Below are positions 37,730 through 50,667 of a stretch of 64,000 nt of DNA, in pieces. This DNA is from Stylophora pistillata (lineage: Eukaryota). The position numbers and the translations under genes were made by a program. Numbering within the stretch: the stretch's first letter is position 1; every line of letters starts with the position of its first letter. Location of the stretch: NCBI RefSeq assembly GCF_002571385.2, contig NW_019217947.1:221721-285720 (forward strand), written 5' to 3'. A model generated the notes under the pieces. It was not told the DNA's origin and searched no databases. It saw only the letters and a list, made by a program, of their open reading frames with translations.

Positions 37730-39020
37730 TGTGTAAAAATCCGAGTAAGAATGAAACAAATATGCGTGGCTTGGCCGTGTGCTGTTGAAGTTATACAATC
37801 GTGTAACTCTACGGCCGGCTTTCGGCTAAGATTATCCTCATAAAAGGCGAAAAAAGCACCATAACTTTTTATTTGGCAGAATTGCCAAAGCTTTCAACTC
37901 TCCGAAAAAAAAAAGAGAGAAAAAGCGGTGAAATATGGTGCACAGCTTCAAGAAAGACCAAGTTCAGTGGCACGCTCCCACAACTCCAACGAGCTTAAGA
38001 GTGAATTTAACAGCCCAATTACCTTCCTCGCTTGTGCTTTAGATCTTGCCTAAGAACATCTGTATGTGGTCTGTTACAGATTGCCCTCGGTCTTGCACGA
38101 AACTTTTCAATTTAGAGAATAGAATGATGTTAGAACAATTGTGATCCCAATTTTTGTGATGTAAACAAGTTATTTCATCAGATCTGCGGTGTACGTGTAC
38201 ACGCCCACGTGATTGCCACTGTTCTAATCTCAATGGACTGAAAATGAAGTAAAGAAAAAGCGAAGTAACTCCATCAGTTAAAGACAGGCTATTCAGATGT
38301 GTATACCATAGTCAATGACTTAAGGTCCAGCGCGTGCCCCGCTCCAGTTTGGCGTGTTTGTGAAGTACGTGTCTTACTCAATCGCTAACTGTTCAAGGCC
38401 ATCAACTAAACTTGTCAATAAATTGCGATAAGAACGCGTGGTCTTGTGAAAAAAACAAACATGGGTAAAAGCTTGTTTAGAAATTACACTTTTACTGCTG
38501 AAGCCGCTAGGATGTTTTCAAAAAGGAACCCTCAAGTCACGTAATTAGTGAAAATATCTTTTTTTTTTTTTGTTATTTTCTTTGTAACGGAAGATTAACG
38601 CTGGAATACAAACAAGACCAACAAAACAAGAATGTAATACACTTTTGCTACTGAGCGGCACTCGCATCTTATTATTGCTTCTTGAAAAATATTTTTCTAT
38701 CTATGACTTTTTCCCTAATGAAACCAACAGTTTTCAAAACTATTTACCCCTCTATTTACCCCCCTATTTACCCCTCGACTAATAATCCTACTACAGTCAT
38801 AATGCGATAAGAAAATAGTAATCTGCTTTCTTCTTCAGTTTTGAAATATTTTTAGCTTGAGCAAGCTGTCTTCTGAGTTTAATTTCCCAAGAGATTTACA
38901 GGAATTTGTAACCGGAATATAGCTGTCTTGGAACTTTCTAGACCATTGAAAAACAAAATAATCCTTATTGTGTTCAGCGTATGAATAAGTGATGATATCA
39001 GCAGGTATGAGTAAACATGT
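37730..39020 (-). pseudogene. Candidate decayed paralogue of the 31898-36714 gene
   Basis: Good acceptor at 38238-38240, then RRSDEITCLHHKNWDHNCS (C-5-W-3-CS; TGG and TCT are each one change from Cys). GQS/CNRP across a frameshift, donor at 38022. Downstream KPAVELHDCITSTAHGQATHIC resembles CPCDEGLTCTRYRTTKRGQKKHRC. Confidence 0.28.
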
Positions 39021-39559
39021 CTAAAGTAAAGGACCAACATATTTTGACAACACTTATAACTAATTGAATATAATCTATTTTTTTCCTTCGCGCAATGGCT
39101 ACCCTTTTTCTGTTGCTTCTCAGTATGTCTTTGTGAAAATGGCATAAATGGACTGGTGCATATGTGAATACCAAGTTTCGTACTTTGAACATGCTCCAAA
39201 AATTAATGCAGTATCGACGCAACACGCCAGGGAAGAGATCGAAATCTTATTACCTTACATAAAGAAAAATAAACTTGGAAATCCTTTGAAAGCCGTAATG
39301 CATGGTAAATGGTTGGATGTGTCATTTCATAGCTAATCTAGCACATCTAATATTCCTAAATCTTTAAAATTCGTGGTCCGCAGTCCTGTCAGGTGACAGT
39401 TTTTATATCACATTTTGAGGCTGCTTGGACCTGAATGCTAACCATGGCTGAATTTGCATTGATACTCGTAAAAGTTTAATTATTCCTATTCCACTTGATG
39501 TTCGAGAAACTGTTTTACGATCCTAAAAATATCAAACAAATTTCAGCTCATGCAAGTGA

Positions 39560-42500
39560 TGTATCCACACTTCCAAAAACGGCTACGTTAATTTGGGCCT
39601 CATTTCTGATACGGAGCAAGATCGGATTCGGTAAACCTTGACAAAGGCATTTTTCCCTTAATATTATCTGAAAGAATAATGATCATTGCTGAAAGTCGAT
39701 ATCATCTCTAAAGTCACATAGCATGATCATTTGGGAGTGTCATTGGCGAGTCTTGACTATTTTTCTTGATGAAAATCAAGCTTCATATTTTTCGTTTTCA
39801 TCATTGGATTTGACTGTATTAGGATTTTATTTTCGTGAAAAGCTCAGGAGAAAGATAGGAAGTTTACGTTGCACAGTTTGAGGAGGGAGAGAAATTTTCT
39901 AATTGATTATTTTTATAATCCAAGAATAATGTAAACAGAATCAAATGCAATCTGAGCTTTTTCGTTTTTCGTCACACGTAATGCTTTAAATCCGCTCTCC
40001 GCGGACTTTGAATGACTTCGCCGCGAGTAAAAACTTATCGCCCCTTTTACGTACCGGCGCGACAAGGAGAGAGAATCTATCAGTGTCCGGCCGCCGATCC
40101 AAACCAGGCTTCCAGTATGCCATAGCTCTATAGTCTATTGATTAAACTGCGTCACATTTTATTGCACTTTGAAAACACTGCTGACTGACTTCTTTCAGTC
40201 GCTTCTCGAGGTCAAAATCCCTTGGTGTGTTCAAGCTGCTTGTTTTTTTTTTCTTTTCATAACGGTTTCGTACTCATTCCCAGCTTTCAAGAGCATGCTC
40301 TTTCTTAAGATATACTTCGTCGCTCGGTATGATAAAGCAGCACCCAAAAATGACGCGCCTGCAGTTTGGGTTTCAAGTTGTGTAGCCCACTCTCAAAAAA
40401 GTTTGAGAGCTAAATTTTGGTTTCAGAAAATACGATGTTTTTACTGATATAAAATCATCAAGAGATTGTACTTCACCAGTCTTCAAAGAGTATATGCTTT
40501 TTCTGCACAAAAGATCTTCATGACATTTTCCAAGTGATTAAGGGGTCGTTTAGACGGCCTAATATTTCTAATCTTTTGTAAATACTAAAAAGCGGATGCA
40601 CAAGCTGATGGGCTTAAAGAGACTTGTTTGTTTTCCTCAAGTAAATCTTTTTTCTTAAGTATCACCAGATAAGGGCTGTGGTGGTTCTCAGACAACTTCC
40701 TTACTCCTGTTTCATTTTCTGAATGGCTAATTTTGGTCATCAAATAACGACGGTAAACAAATAACAGTCACTTGCACTGTCGGGAAATTTACAAGTGAAG
40801 CGCCGGGAAGATCCCAGAATTTCTCTTCTCGAGACAAAAACACAGGTCTGCATGAAACATTTCCTCCGCTCATCGAATGAAATTTTCTACCTGGCCGATA
40901 ATAGTAATTTTAAGATCCTTTATATAAGAAGGCCACGTGCCAATGCTCAAGTATTCTTTTCCTTTCTCAGTAAAAATATATTTTATCGTAACAAAGGCAG
41001 GATTGATCAGGTAATTCAATGCTAATACTAGACTATTATCATGATTTGTTGGGCACGGTCCTGAATCCTCTGTCAAACACATAAGAATTTTAAGCTGGGT
41101 AAAATATTTCGTTTCCTAAGTTTACGCACACACTTCGAGTCAAAATTTCGGTTGAAAACCACGTGTAGTGTAGCAGTTTTATCCAGACTTATTATTAAGT
41201 GAGATATATTCGTCAGTTATGGCATTCACGCGCCCCTCTTACTCTGTGGGATATCATGCATCAACTCCTCATGCGGAACTTTCAGTTGTCACACACGTCT
41301 GATGTCTCTTCCAGTTTTTCATTTTTTAGAGAACTTAGTTAGGCAGAGAATTCTTTTGAGTCAAAAAGCAAACGCAACTTCCGATAGTGATTTTGTTCTT
41401 CAAGCAGTTCAATGGGAAGGCTATGTTTTAGTTATATATGAATAACTCAGAACTACTAACAGGGAAAGGGGTAGTTGACTTCCGGCAGTCATTCGCGTTT
41501 CAGAAACATTGTGATTTCGCTTTCAACTGTGCTTGCACTGCATTAAATAGATGGTAACGTGGATGGTTTATGAAATTTCACCAGGTTAGCTGAAGAACGC
41601 ACAGGAACAGTTGAATTTGAAGTTCTGGCAGTTGATCAGTTAAAGAAAAAGCAGCTTACGGAGCTCAGCTCCTCAATAGGAATAGTAGCGATGAAGACAT
41701 GTACGTGACCGAACCACGTCAAGAGCTTATTAAACAACTTATCAAAGTACTCACAGTATCTTTTTCTTTCAGGTAACAGTGAAGAAGAAGTGTTAAAAGC
41801 TACGAGTTATGACATGGTGATGCTCTAAGAACTGAGTTTCAGCCTAAATTAGACAAGAACTCGAGAACTGAGAGCTGGAACTTAGCAAATGTTGAGCCGG
41901 AGACTCAATAATGGATTGATTCTGTTATTTCGCGACTTGGCACATTTATTTCGCCAGATTTTAAATTCAGACTCTGCGGGAAAGGATAGACAAAGCCGGA
42001 AATTTTTCTTAATATTATGAGTCAATTAGCTGATTTCCCTGTTTTCATTCATTGCTTAAGCGTGGCACTCCACGCAAATATACTGATCTCACGCAGCGTG
42101 TGCTATCCATAAATGTGTCCCTGCCTGTGCAAAATGTCCTACAAATGACTTTTCTTAACTTCTTTACCGGTTGCAACTGACTCAAGGTCCGGAAGACGGA
42201 GTTTTATTAAAAGAAGGTAATGTTGATGGATTTAATTAACGCTGTATATTTCAATACCCTTACCTTTTTGAATGTTTTGATCCTGAATTCAATGATATTT
42301 CTTCCTAACTTTCTTGGATGAATTTCTTCTGTGTTGATTCAGCTGGTAGCAGGAAAGATTGAAGAACAAGGTCATAGACTCGCAATACTGTGGGGAATTT
42401 CCGTTTGTGGGCAACTAGTTACTTGGGTCTCTGCCATAAAAACAGCTACTTATCCTTTGGAGCTGATTAACAGTATTTATCACGAACTCTTTCAACCGGT

Positions 42501-45500
42501 GGGAGATACGATGGAAAAGGATTTTAATTGACTCAGAGAGGTAATGACTGGTTAATACCACAAACTGAGATGCTGATTTTGCATAGTAAGCTAGTTGAAC
42601 TTGGTTTTCCACGATCGCGTTGAAAATTATTTTAAGCCACGAGTGCGCATAAAACGGAAAAATTACAGAATTGATTTAAACGTAGTGGTGAACTGACGAC
42701 TCATCCAAAGAAAATACTTTCCATTTAAACTTGTTTTGACATCCTATCCTTTGACTTGGTGCTTTACGATCGACCTCTTTCTATGTAGGGGGTAGCATAA
42801 TAAGCTTATCTTATGATCCCTTGTGGTATCTCGAGGCACTGTTATGGCACGGACAAAATAATTCAGAAATAAACCCAGGGAGATGTCGAGTATTCACAAG
42901 TATCTCTCGTATTTTTCAACAGGTGTTTTGAACGACTAGCAAAGTGGCCCTGCTAAAAAATGGGTGTCATACGCGAACTGACGGGCACGCTTGAGTGGAA
43001 TCCTCACGATTTTTAATGAGCTTAGACAGATCATAATCCAGTTAAGAAAGATGTTTTGTTTTTCTTGAGCGATTTCGTAACTTTAAAGTCAGGTTTCAAT
43101 TTGGTACACGTCAGAATCGAGATCTAAAAATTACTTCGAATACCTCCCTCTCGCCCGATCAACGTAGTTCATTTGATGACTTGGTGACGGCCGACTCGGA
43201 CACATCGATAGACAGGGAGCCTTGCAGGAGGTCCCCACGACATTTGTTGATCTTTTTAAAATGCCGAATTACTCGTTAATCAGTTTGGGGCTTTAACCAA
43301 CAATAAAACCAGTATGTGTTTCGTTTAGCATCTGAAAAATGCGAGAACTAGGTGTTGATACTTAATTCAAGACACCCCCACAAACAACATGCTGTGTACG
43401 TAAACTCTTTGTTCGTTTCTCAGCCGACAGTCCTCGCAGATTAGGTGGTCTGTGTTCCTAATAATTGTTTTTGCTGTTGCTGCTTTGGAAAAAGTTCAAT
43501 ACTTTTTTGTTATTTTCAGACTATCTGTTTCACGTCATGATAAAGGTTCATGAATGCTGTTGCAATAATTGTCATTAGTGGGCGATAAATAGCTTGTTTA
43601 AGCATGTTTCTTTGTTTCCGGATTAACTTAGTTTCTGCTCATAAACGTTCAGTTTTGAAAAATACAACATCACGAGTAATGTTAAGTGTCCGATTTCTTA
43701 AATTGTTTAGGAAAAGAACATGGCAATCCTGCATGCCTGGATGAATATTTTCAAGGGGCACATGGACGCATCCGGGGTCAGCGCAAAGTAGGCAATTTAG
43801 TTGTGATGTACGTCACAGCCTTAACAAAGACCTTTTCTATGGAAACCAACTCTTCAGACGTTGATACAAAGGATATTACAAACCTTTCTTTACTTCAAAT
43901 CCCTTATGAATTGAAAATAATTTGCTACATAGGCTGGAAATTGTCCCCAAGAACTGTCAAACTGGAAAGAGAAGTCTTTAACAACTGGAAAACGTCCAAA
44001 AAAGGCCAATCTGCTTCTAATTTCACTTTTGGACATAAAACAAACTTAATCAAACGGACATTGATATCGATCACCATAACAATAAAATAGATACGTGAAA
44101 ATTGGGACTCCAAATTTTTGTTCGATGCCCGTCATCAGCTAAATATACAATTAAATTACATGGAAACGGCAAAGATTCAAGAATAATATTTTTCCTCTTT
44201 GCCCAGTACTTGAATACGGTTTCTTTACTTACCCGTCTCGCCTTCCAGAGTGTTATTCGGTTGCACCAATTACCATGGAGCCTTTTCTACGACAGTCTCA
44301 ACAAAATGATTCGTATACAAGAAGAGCTTTCATGTGGATGTTCTGTCCGAAGTCATATGCTGAATTATATAGTGCTCGGCTATAAAAATAGACTGAGTGT
44401 CCTCTTACATCCTGCTTAGTACGCAAGTACTCAGCAAAATAACACAATCTGTCCACTACACGCGCCTCTCATATCGTTACAGGCTGTATACGATATGTTT
44501 TCTATACGAAGTTATAAATGTCCTACAAGGAAAGTTTCTTTTCCATCTATTGAGTGCACCCTTGGGGCGAAGCAAGTGATACTGTGTCTACTCGCAGAAA
44601 TGGAAACCTTAGACTGAAATATTCGTTTGCTAAGGAGCTTAAAATTTCCCTTGCAAGCCATTCAAAGTATGTATTAAGTCCTGCCCTCCTCTTTACGGGC
44701 ATTACCTTCACTTACTACTGTACAGTACGAAAATAAGTTCCTTTAATCACACAGCTGTTCTCCGGGATATCATGATTTCTTGACCTTGTTCTAATTGAAT
44801 AATTGGCTTAATGTAGATTTTCCAGCTTTTTGAAGATGAAATTCTTTCTGTAATAACTTTTCTTAGGTTTACTTTTTGTTCTTGAAAAGACTCTTTGAAG
44901 GTATTTGCGTCTGTTTAACCTTCACCAGCAAACTGTTCCGATCAACTTAAAACAGTTATCATATCATGATGTTGGTGTTGAGGTGAAAATCAAAGTTTCC
45001 ATCATGATAGTGATAAATGTGGTCTTGGTTTATCAGGTCTCTTTTTATTTGTCACTAAACCACTTGTGTCGTCCCAGCCTTGATAACTGACACACTTTAG
45101 TATATGTGCTAGAAAGACAGCCAAGATAATCTTCTAGAGAGTGTTACAACAACGCTTATATTGTAGTCTATATTCTTCTCAGTCATTTCTTCACTTACCA
45201 CTGAAGAACAAGACTTCACTTAGACTGGATGCAAAGTCATTAATGCTAACTATTATCAGCTAAATCTGCAAAACTCTTTAAAACCCGTTTAACCTTGGCA
45301 AATCAACCGCGTTTTGCCCCTCAGAGATTTTTCACCCAACAAATGTTATCCGTTAACAGAGTGATACAAGCCAGTTTACAATAGAAATCCGATTGGCATA
45401 TCGACTTCAATAACTGAAAGCAGATGCTTTGCATGTGGCTACAACCACTTTCTTAAGAGGTGATTTGTCTTATTTAAAAGCTATTTTCTGATTTGGCTAC

Positions 45501-48500
45501 AAGGATGACATTTTCGAATTCCCGTGATCGCTCTGAACTGCAGGACCCACCTTTTGAAGGTGTAACATAATTATTACAGAGGGAGCCATCGTTTTAATCC
45601 TTGGATTATTTAAAATTTTTCAAATTACAATGGTTTTATGACATACTCGATTAATCATTTGAAACTGCTCAAGGCATATGTTTTCGGGGTAAAATAATTT
45701 TAAGGTGTCAAATGATATTCTTCATGATGATTTTTAGTCAGAAGTTTTGACGCCCAAATCCTATTCAGGAGTTAGAAGTGATGAGAGATTCATCTTTTGT
45801 TGTAATTGAAACTTGTCCTCCAAGAATAACATGGGAACTACTGAATTAAAATGCTGACCTTTGTATCTTTTATCATGAGTACGATGAACACAGAAACTTA
45901 ACATTCCTTTATTCAGTTTTCAGTCTTTTCTTTTTTATAAAATTTTCAAAATGAAAGAGACTTTCGACTTACGGTAAGCGCTGCATGCACGAGGAATTTT
46001 AAATATCATAATAAATTAGAGTACTTCTGCGCCCTGATATTGGCTCTCATTTAATTCTTATGAAAATAGTTAATTTTTCAATTAAACTTTGTCTTGAGTG
46101 AAAACAAAAAGATTTTAGTACTGAGAGGGCTCTAGACTCTCAGAGATTTCATTGCGTTTTGACGTGAGACAAAAGATGATTAAAAACTGTTTATATTCTC
46201 TTGGATGAGAGAATGAGGAACCGCTTTGTCTCAGTGGAATACTGTTTCTAGAAACTGCATGATTTTTTATTGCCATGAGCTCAGAGATCGAGAGACGCTA
46301 TTTACGGGAGAGAGGGGGGGGGGGGGTAAGGGGGTCAACAGTGAACATGGATGTTTCTAGAAAGAGCTTTTAATCTTGTTTCCCTATCGTTTCTTGACCT
46401 ACGAGTTTGCATTCTGAATGAGAATGAAACAAAGGAAGTGCAGTTAAGGCAATATATTGCCTACTAAAATGACCACTACGTGAATGACATCCCCTATAGC
46501 ATCCAACTTAAAGAGACAGCTAGTAATAGGAGAACCCTAAGGAGATAAGGGATTTGCAAATCCCACTTGTCGAAATGAGTAAAGGGGCTTTATTTCAATA
46601 TGTGTTTTATTCTAAAGATCTCCCATGCCGTCGACGGATCTCACCCACTAGCTACGAAAAAATTATTATCAAACGATGCCGATAAGGGAGTGGAAATATC
46701 TCACCTAGACCTATGAGAGGATCTATTGTTTAAGAAGAAAAATCCGGATGAAGCTTAGCATTGTGCTCAGAGCCATCCACGCGATGCACTCTGTTCGGCC
46801 TTTCAAATCAGAAAAAAACCCGTCAATGTATTTACCTGGTCTGACACAAGTCCACCAAACAAATGAGCGAATGTGACTGATAGCTTTTTCAACTAGTAAA
46901 AATAAATAAACACATAAGTAACCAGAATAATCAGTTATCATAAAGAACGTTACTTGCCCAATCCCCCCTTAAAAATTACAACACGCTACTGACGTTTTTG
47001 GGTCATATTCATAATTAAGATTGAGATTCCACCGATTTCACTCAGAGCAAGGCTTACTGAACAGCTTTAAAACCACTCGTAGATATTCTTTTGAAAGTTG
47101 GTCTCAGAATTATCAAAATTACGTTTGTGGTGTAGAGTGGTGGATTCAATAATAATTTAGTTTGAAAGTATATGTGATGATTGGCTTTTATGCGGTTTCC
47201 TATTCAAGATTTCTTATGCCCTTTTAATCTTATTAAATATTTATACGCCCAAGAACGTCAAGCCCTTCCGGAAGAATTTGTCCACAGGACCAAAATTATT
47301 ACAGCCTTAAAAAAAAAACCTCCATGCACCAGCCTTCTATTCAAAGGAAAAAGTAATTATAATCCTATAGGGCTCATGCTACAGAAACGTGATCATCTGC
47401 TGGTGTAAGTGGTACTTTGGATCCTTCATTCCTTCAATGAAAAAAAATGAGACTTTTAATGAAGTTGGTCTGGAACGACGATGGATGGTGATCGGAATTA
47501 GTTAATTGGCCGAAGAATTTAGACTAGGCAACAACTAATGTGTGCGCGAAATGTAGCTCTTAGAGTTTCTTGATAAAAAGCACCACGGGACTTCAGCCCT
47601 TTGTCGAGAGAAGGTGTTAGACATCTGATATACTGCGTCTTTGTATAGGAAATTATTACTAGAAGATTCCATCTGTATTGATAGTCTAATACCGTGGTGT
47701 TGTTGTGAACTAATTGTCTTAATGTTTAATACAATTAGTCTGCAACAACAATATTCCTTTTGACTATCTCACATTAAGACCTACCTGTGAGACAGCAGAC
47801 TTATGACTGAGAGGTCTACGCTATAGCCCGAGCTGGGTTATTATTCTGTTTGATAAGAAAGTCCACTTTCATGGTGCAACCCTTCCAACGAAGGGAAGTC
47901 ATCACAGAAAGTACCCGCACAGATTGCAGATACATGTATACTTAAAAATTCCGAATTCACGGACACACATGTAAGCAGAGTCAATCCTACAAAAACCATT
48001 GAAACATATCATTAACTTCTTATGCTGTAATTTTAAGCGAAAAGAATGAATATCCATTAAATACTATCAACACTAGTTCAATCTGCTCTGAACATAACTA
48101 AGTGCAAAGCGACCACGATGACCAACTGGTATTTTGCTTCTTAAAGAACGCTCTAATTCCTCCGAATCCATGGACAAGCCTGCTTGAACACACTTACCTT
48201 CGGCTGCTGAATTGAAACAGATGTCCTATTTGGCCAAAGTTGATGCTTCTGAACAAAACCACGAAAGTAAAAGTTTTTCTAGCTATTTACTTTCGACGAC
48301 ATCCCAGACAGATACTTATTGAGCGTTAAGATCAACTAAGTTGGATTGGAACGTGTTGGGAGTGCGACAAATTTTGTGTTTTTTTTTCGATGTCATATAA
48401 CATTTATGAGTTATGAAGTGCTAGAATCCAGTTAGAGAGGTCCAGGGATCTGTTCTTGTCCTGAGAATATGATAATATCTAAATCGCAGGTGAGAGGTGC

Positions 48501-49060
48501 TTGTCTTTATTACAGCCGTAAAAACCTGACCTCCATGGACCAGCCTTCTATTCAAAGGAAGAAGTAATTATAACCCTAGATGGTTCATGCTACAGAAACG
48601 TGATCATCTGCTGGTGTAAGTGGTACTCCGGATCCTTCTTTTAATAACTATTGATAAATATCTGATATTTAGATACTGTCGCCCGACCAGCGCGAGGGCT
48701 GTTTTTATTCCATAAACACCTGGAGCCATGGATTCCCTCCAAACCACAGTGTCCCCTGAGCCAATTTTCGTCCCACGTAAATGGAAATATTCTAAACACT
48801 TCTCTTTGAAATAATGCTTCTGGCACGAAGTTAAGTACCTCTACGTCCAAGATTGTGGGTTTAGGGAGTAAAATTGTCCCCGCAATGCAGTGGACGTGTA
48901 TTTCACATGTATATTTCGACGGATTCCTTCCTGTGTTTAGTACGAGCGAAGGAGTTGCAAAGATTTTATCGACCCGACTGGGATGCTTTTTTTTCTTCAC
49001 TACCAGGTCCACTCACCTCCACTCTACCAAGGTCATCGCAATGCCTGAAACAGGAGAATT
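39560..49060 (-). pseudogene. Possible heavily decayed STAND P-loop NTPase-TPR gene (fragments only)
   Basis: ~48670-48750 reads across a frameshift as IHG/APGVYGIKTALALVGRQY (Walker A-like G.PG.GKT.LA..VG). ~39560-39630 gives APYQK../QINVAVFGSVDTSLA (TPR_12-like). No continuous ORF and no Walker B recognised. Confidence 0.25.
47296..48638. repeat. Two direct copies of a ~130-bp segment (47296-47427 and 48507-48638), resembling a SINE 3' portion
   Basis: TTATTACAGCC...CCAGCCTTCTATTCAAAGGAA...TCATGCTACAGAAACGTGATCATCTGCTGGTGTAAGTGGTACT..GGATCCTTC is present in both. Confidence 0.85.
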
Positions 49061-50667
49061 CTAGAATCTTTTGAATGCTATTTTATTTTCGTACTCAATT
49101 TCACGCACTTTCTCAATCACACATCACTAGCAATTGACACGAAGGAGTCTAAGGGCTTTTGAAGAAACCGGAAATGACTTTTTTAACCCTCATGTCTTAG
49201 TTTGCAACCAAAATCAAACATTTCTCCTCAGTGGATCGTCACCAAACTTTTACTTGTTTGCACTTTTCAATGATGTTTTCACAAAAGAGGATTTTGGTGA
49301 GGAAAAAAAAGAACGAAAACATGTTTTGGCAGATTGTTTCTGTCTAAGTTTATCTGAACTGGCCAGAAAAGAGTTTTTTACAAGTTATAGCTAACAAAAG
49401 GTCTATTTCCCGAGGTTCTTGACAATTTTTCTCCGAATTGTTCAGTTTAAGCCGAGTTTTTTACAAGAAATCAACAGCTCATGATGATTAAATTAAAAAG
49501 TTTCAGTCTTCACAGCTTTCACAGATATTAAACGGAATATCCTTGAAATAGTTACTAATAGAGTGGAAGATAGTCTTTAGAATCTTTCCAAACCGTGAGA
49601 TAAAACCTCGAGGCATAAACTCATGTTTTCAGAGCTGAGGTCAGAAGTCATATTTTCTAAGCTTTCGCCTTATTTCTTCGAAAGAGCATAATATCAAATT
49701 CATAAGACTTAGCATCAGGTCAATCGACTCTACGTCTAAACTTGTTTTGGAACAAAGCCCGACAACTTACCAAGAACGCGGCCATTTAAATGTTTCTCCT
49801 TCGATCACCCTCTTTCTGAAGCTTTGTTTCAGGTTCCCTTTCAAAATATTTTCTTTCATCAGAAAGTATTCTTTAGACAGAGATGGCTAGTGTAGGGGTC
49901 CTTTCTACGTTTCTACAAAATCCAGTACTCGGGTTGTACTTAAAACCCAGGATCGGTATCCAACATCTTTAGGAAGGGGAATGGTAGATGAAAATCAATG
50001 AAAATCGTACCGGACCACTGGATGGAAGACACGTTTTGGTCTGGAAAGTGGGATCGGGAAATTCTTACAGTGGACCGTTGAGTAAATCGGGGGCGGCAAG
50101 AGTCGGGGAGCCTACTAGTACCTTTTTACCGAGGCGGTAGAAACGATATGACCACCACCTAACGCGGACCAATTTATTTGCTGACAAAGAGTTGACCACG
50201 TTCTTCACTGACCTCGCCCAAAACCGAAACATTTCCCGATGAGACGTGCAGCATAGAACGAAGGAAACTACGTGAAACCATTTGCAAAACCAAAAACGAT
50301 CCCAAAAAAAAAAGAAAATTTTTCCTTGATTCCATTTTCTTTGAAATCAGGACCTAACTCCTATCTTTTTATATTTTGTCAGGCATAACTCCCGATGTTG
50401 TATGAGAAAGAGGGCTGACAGCTTTCGAAATTGTCAACAACAGGAAATAGACTAGGACCTTGAAGTCTGAGACTAGGACCTTGAAGTATTCAACATAAAT
50501 TTATTTCAGATAATGCACCGCATCTTCAATGGAAAGGCACGCCTGAACATCAAGCAGAGGCAAAATGTAAGCCGCAAAAGAGCCTTAAAAAACATTATGA
50601 GATATTACATTTAAAATAACCAGCTACAATGCAATGATCAGTGATGAAGACTGCTATCGCCGTTATG

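Noticed and set aside
41580-41830. Exon-like blocks with a good acceptor at ~41772
   Set aside because: Short, closed by stops, with no recognisable domain or consistent gene model.
48641-49012. 123-aa ORF as an intact gene
   Set aside because: No recognisable domain in a single frame; the only motif-like signal spans frameshifts, so it is reported only as a low-confidence pseudogene trace.
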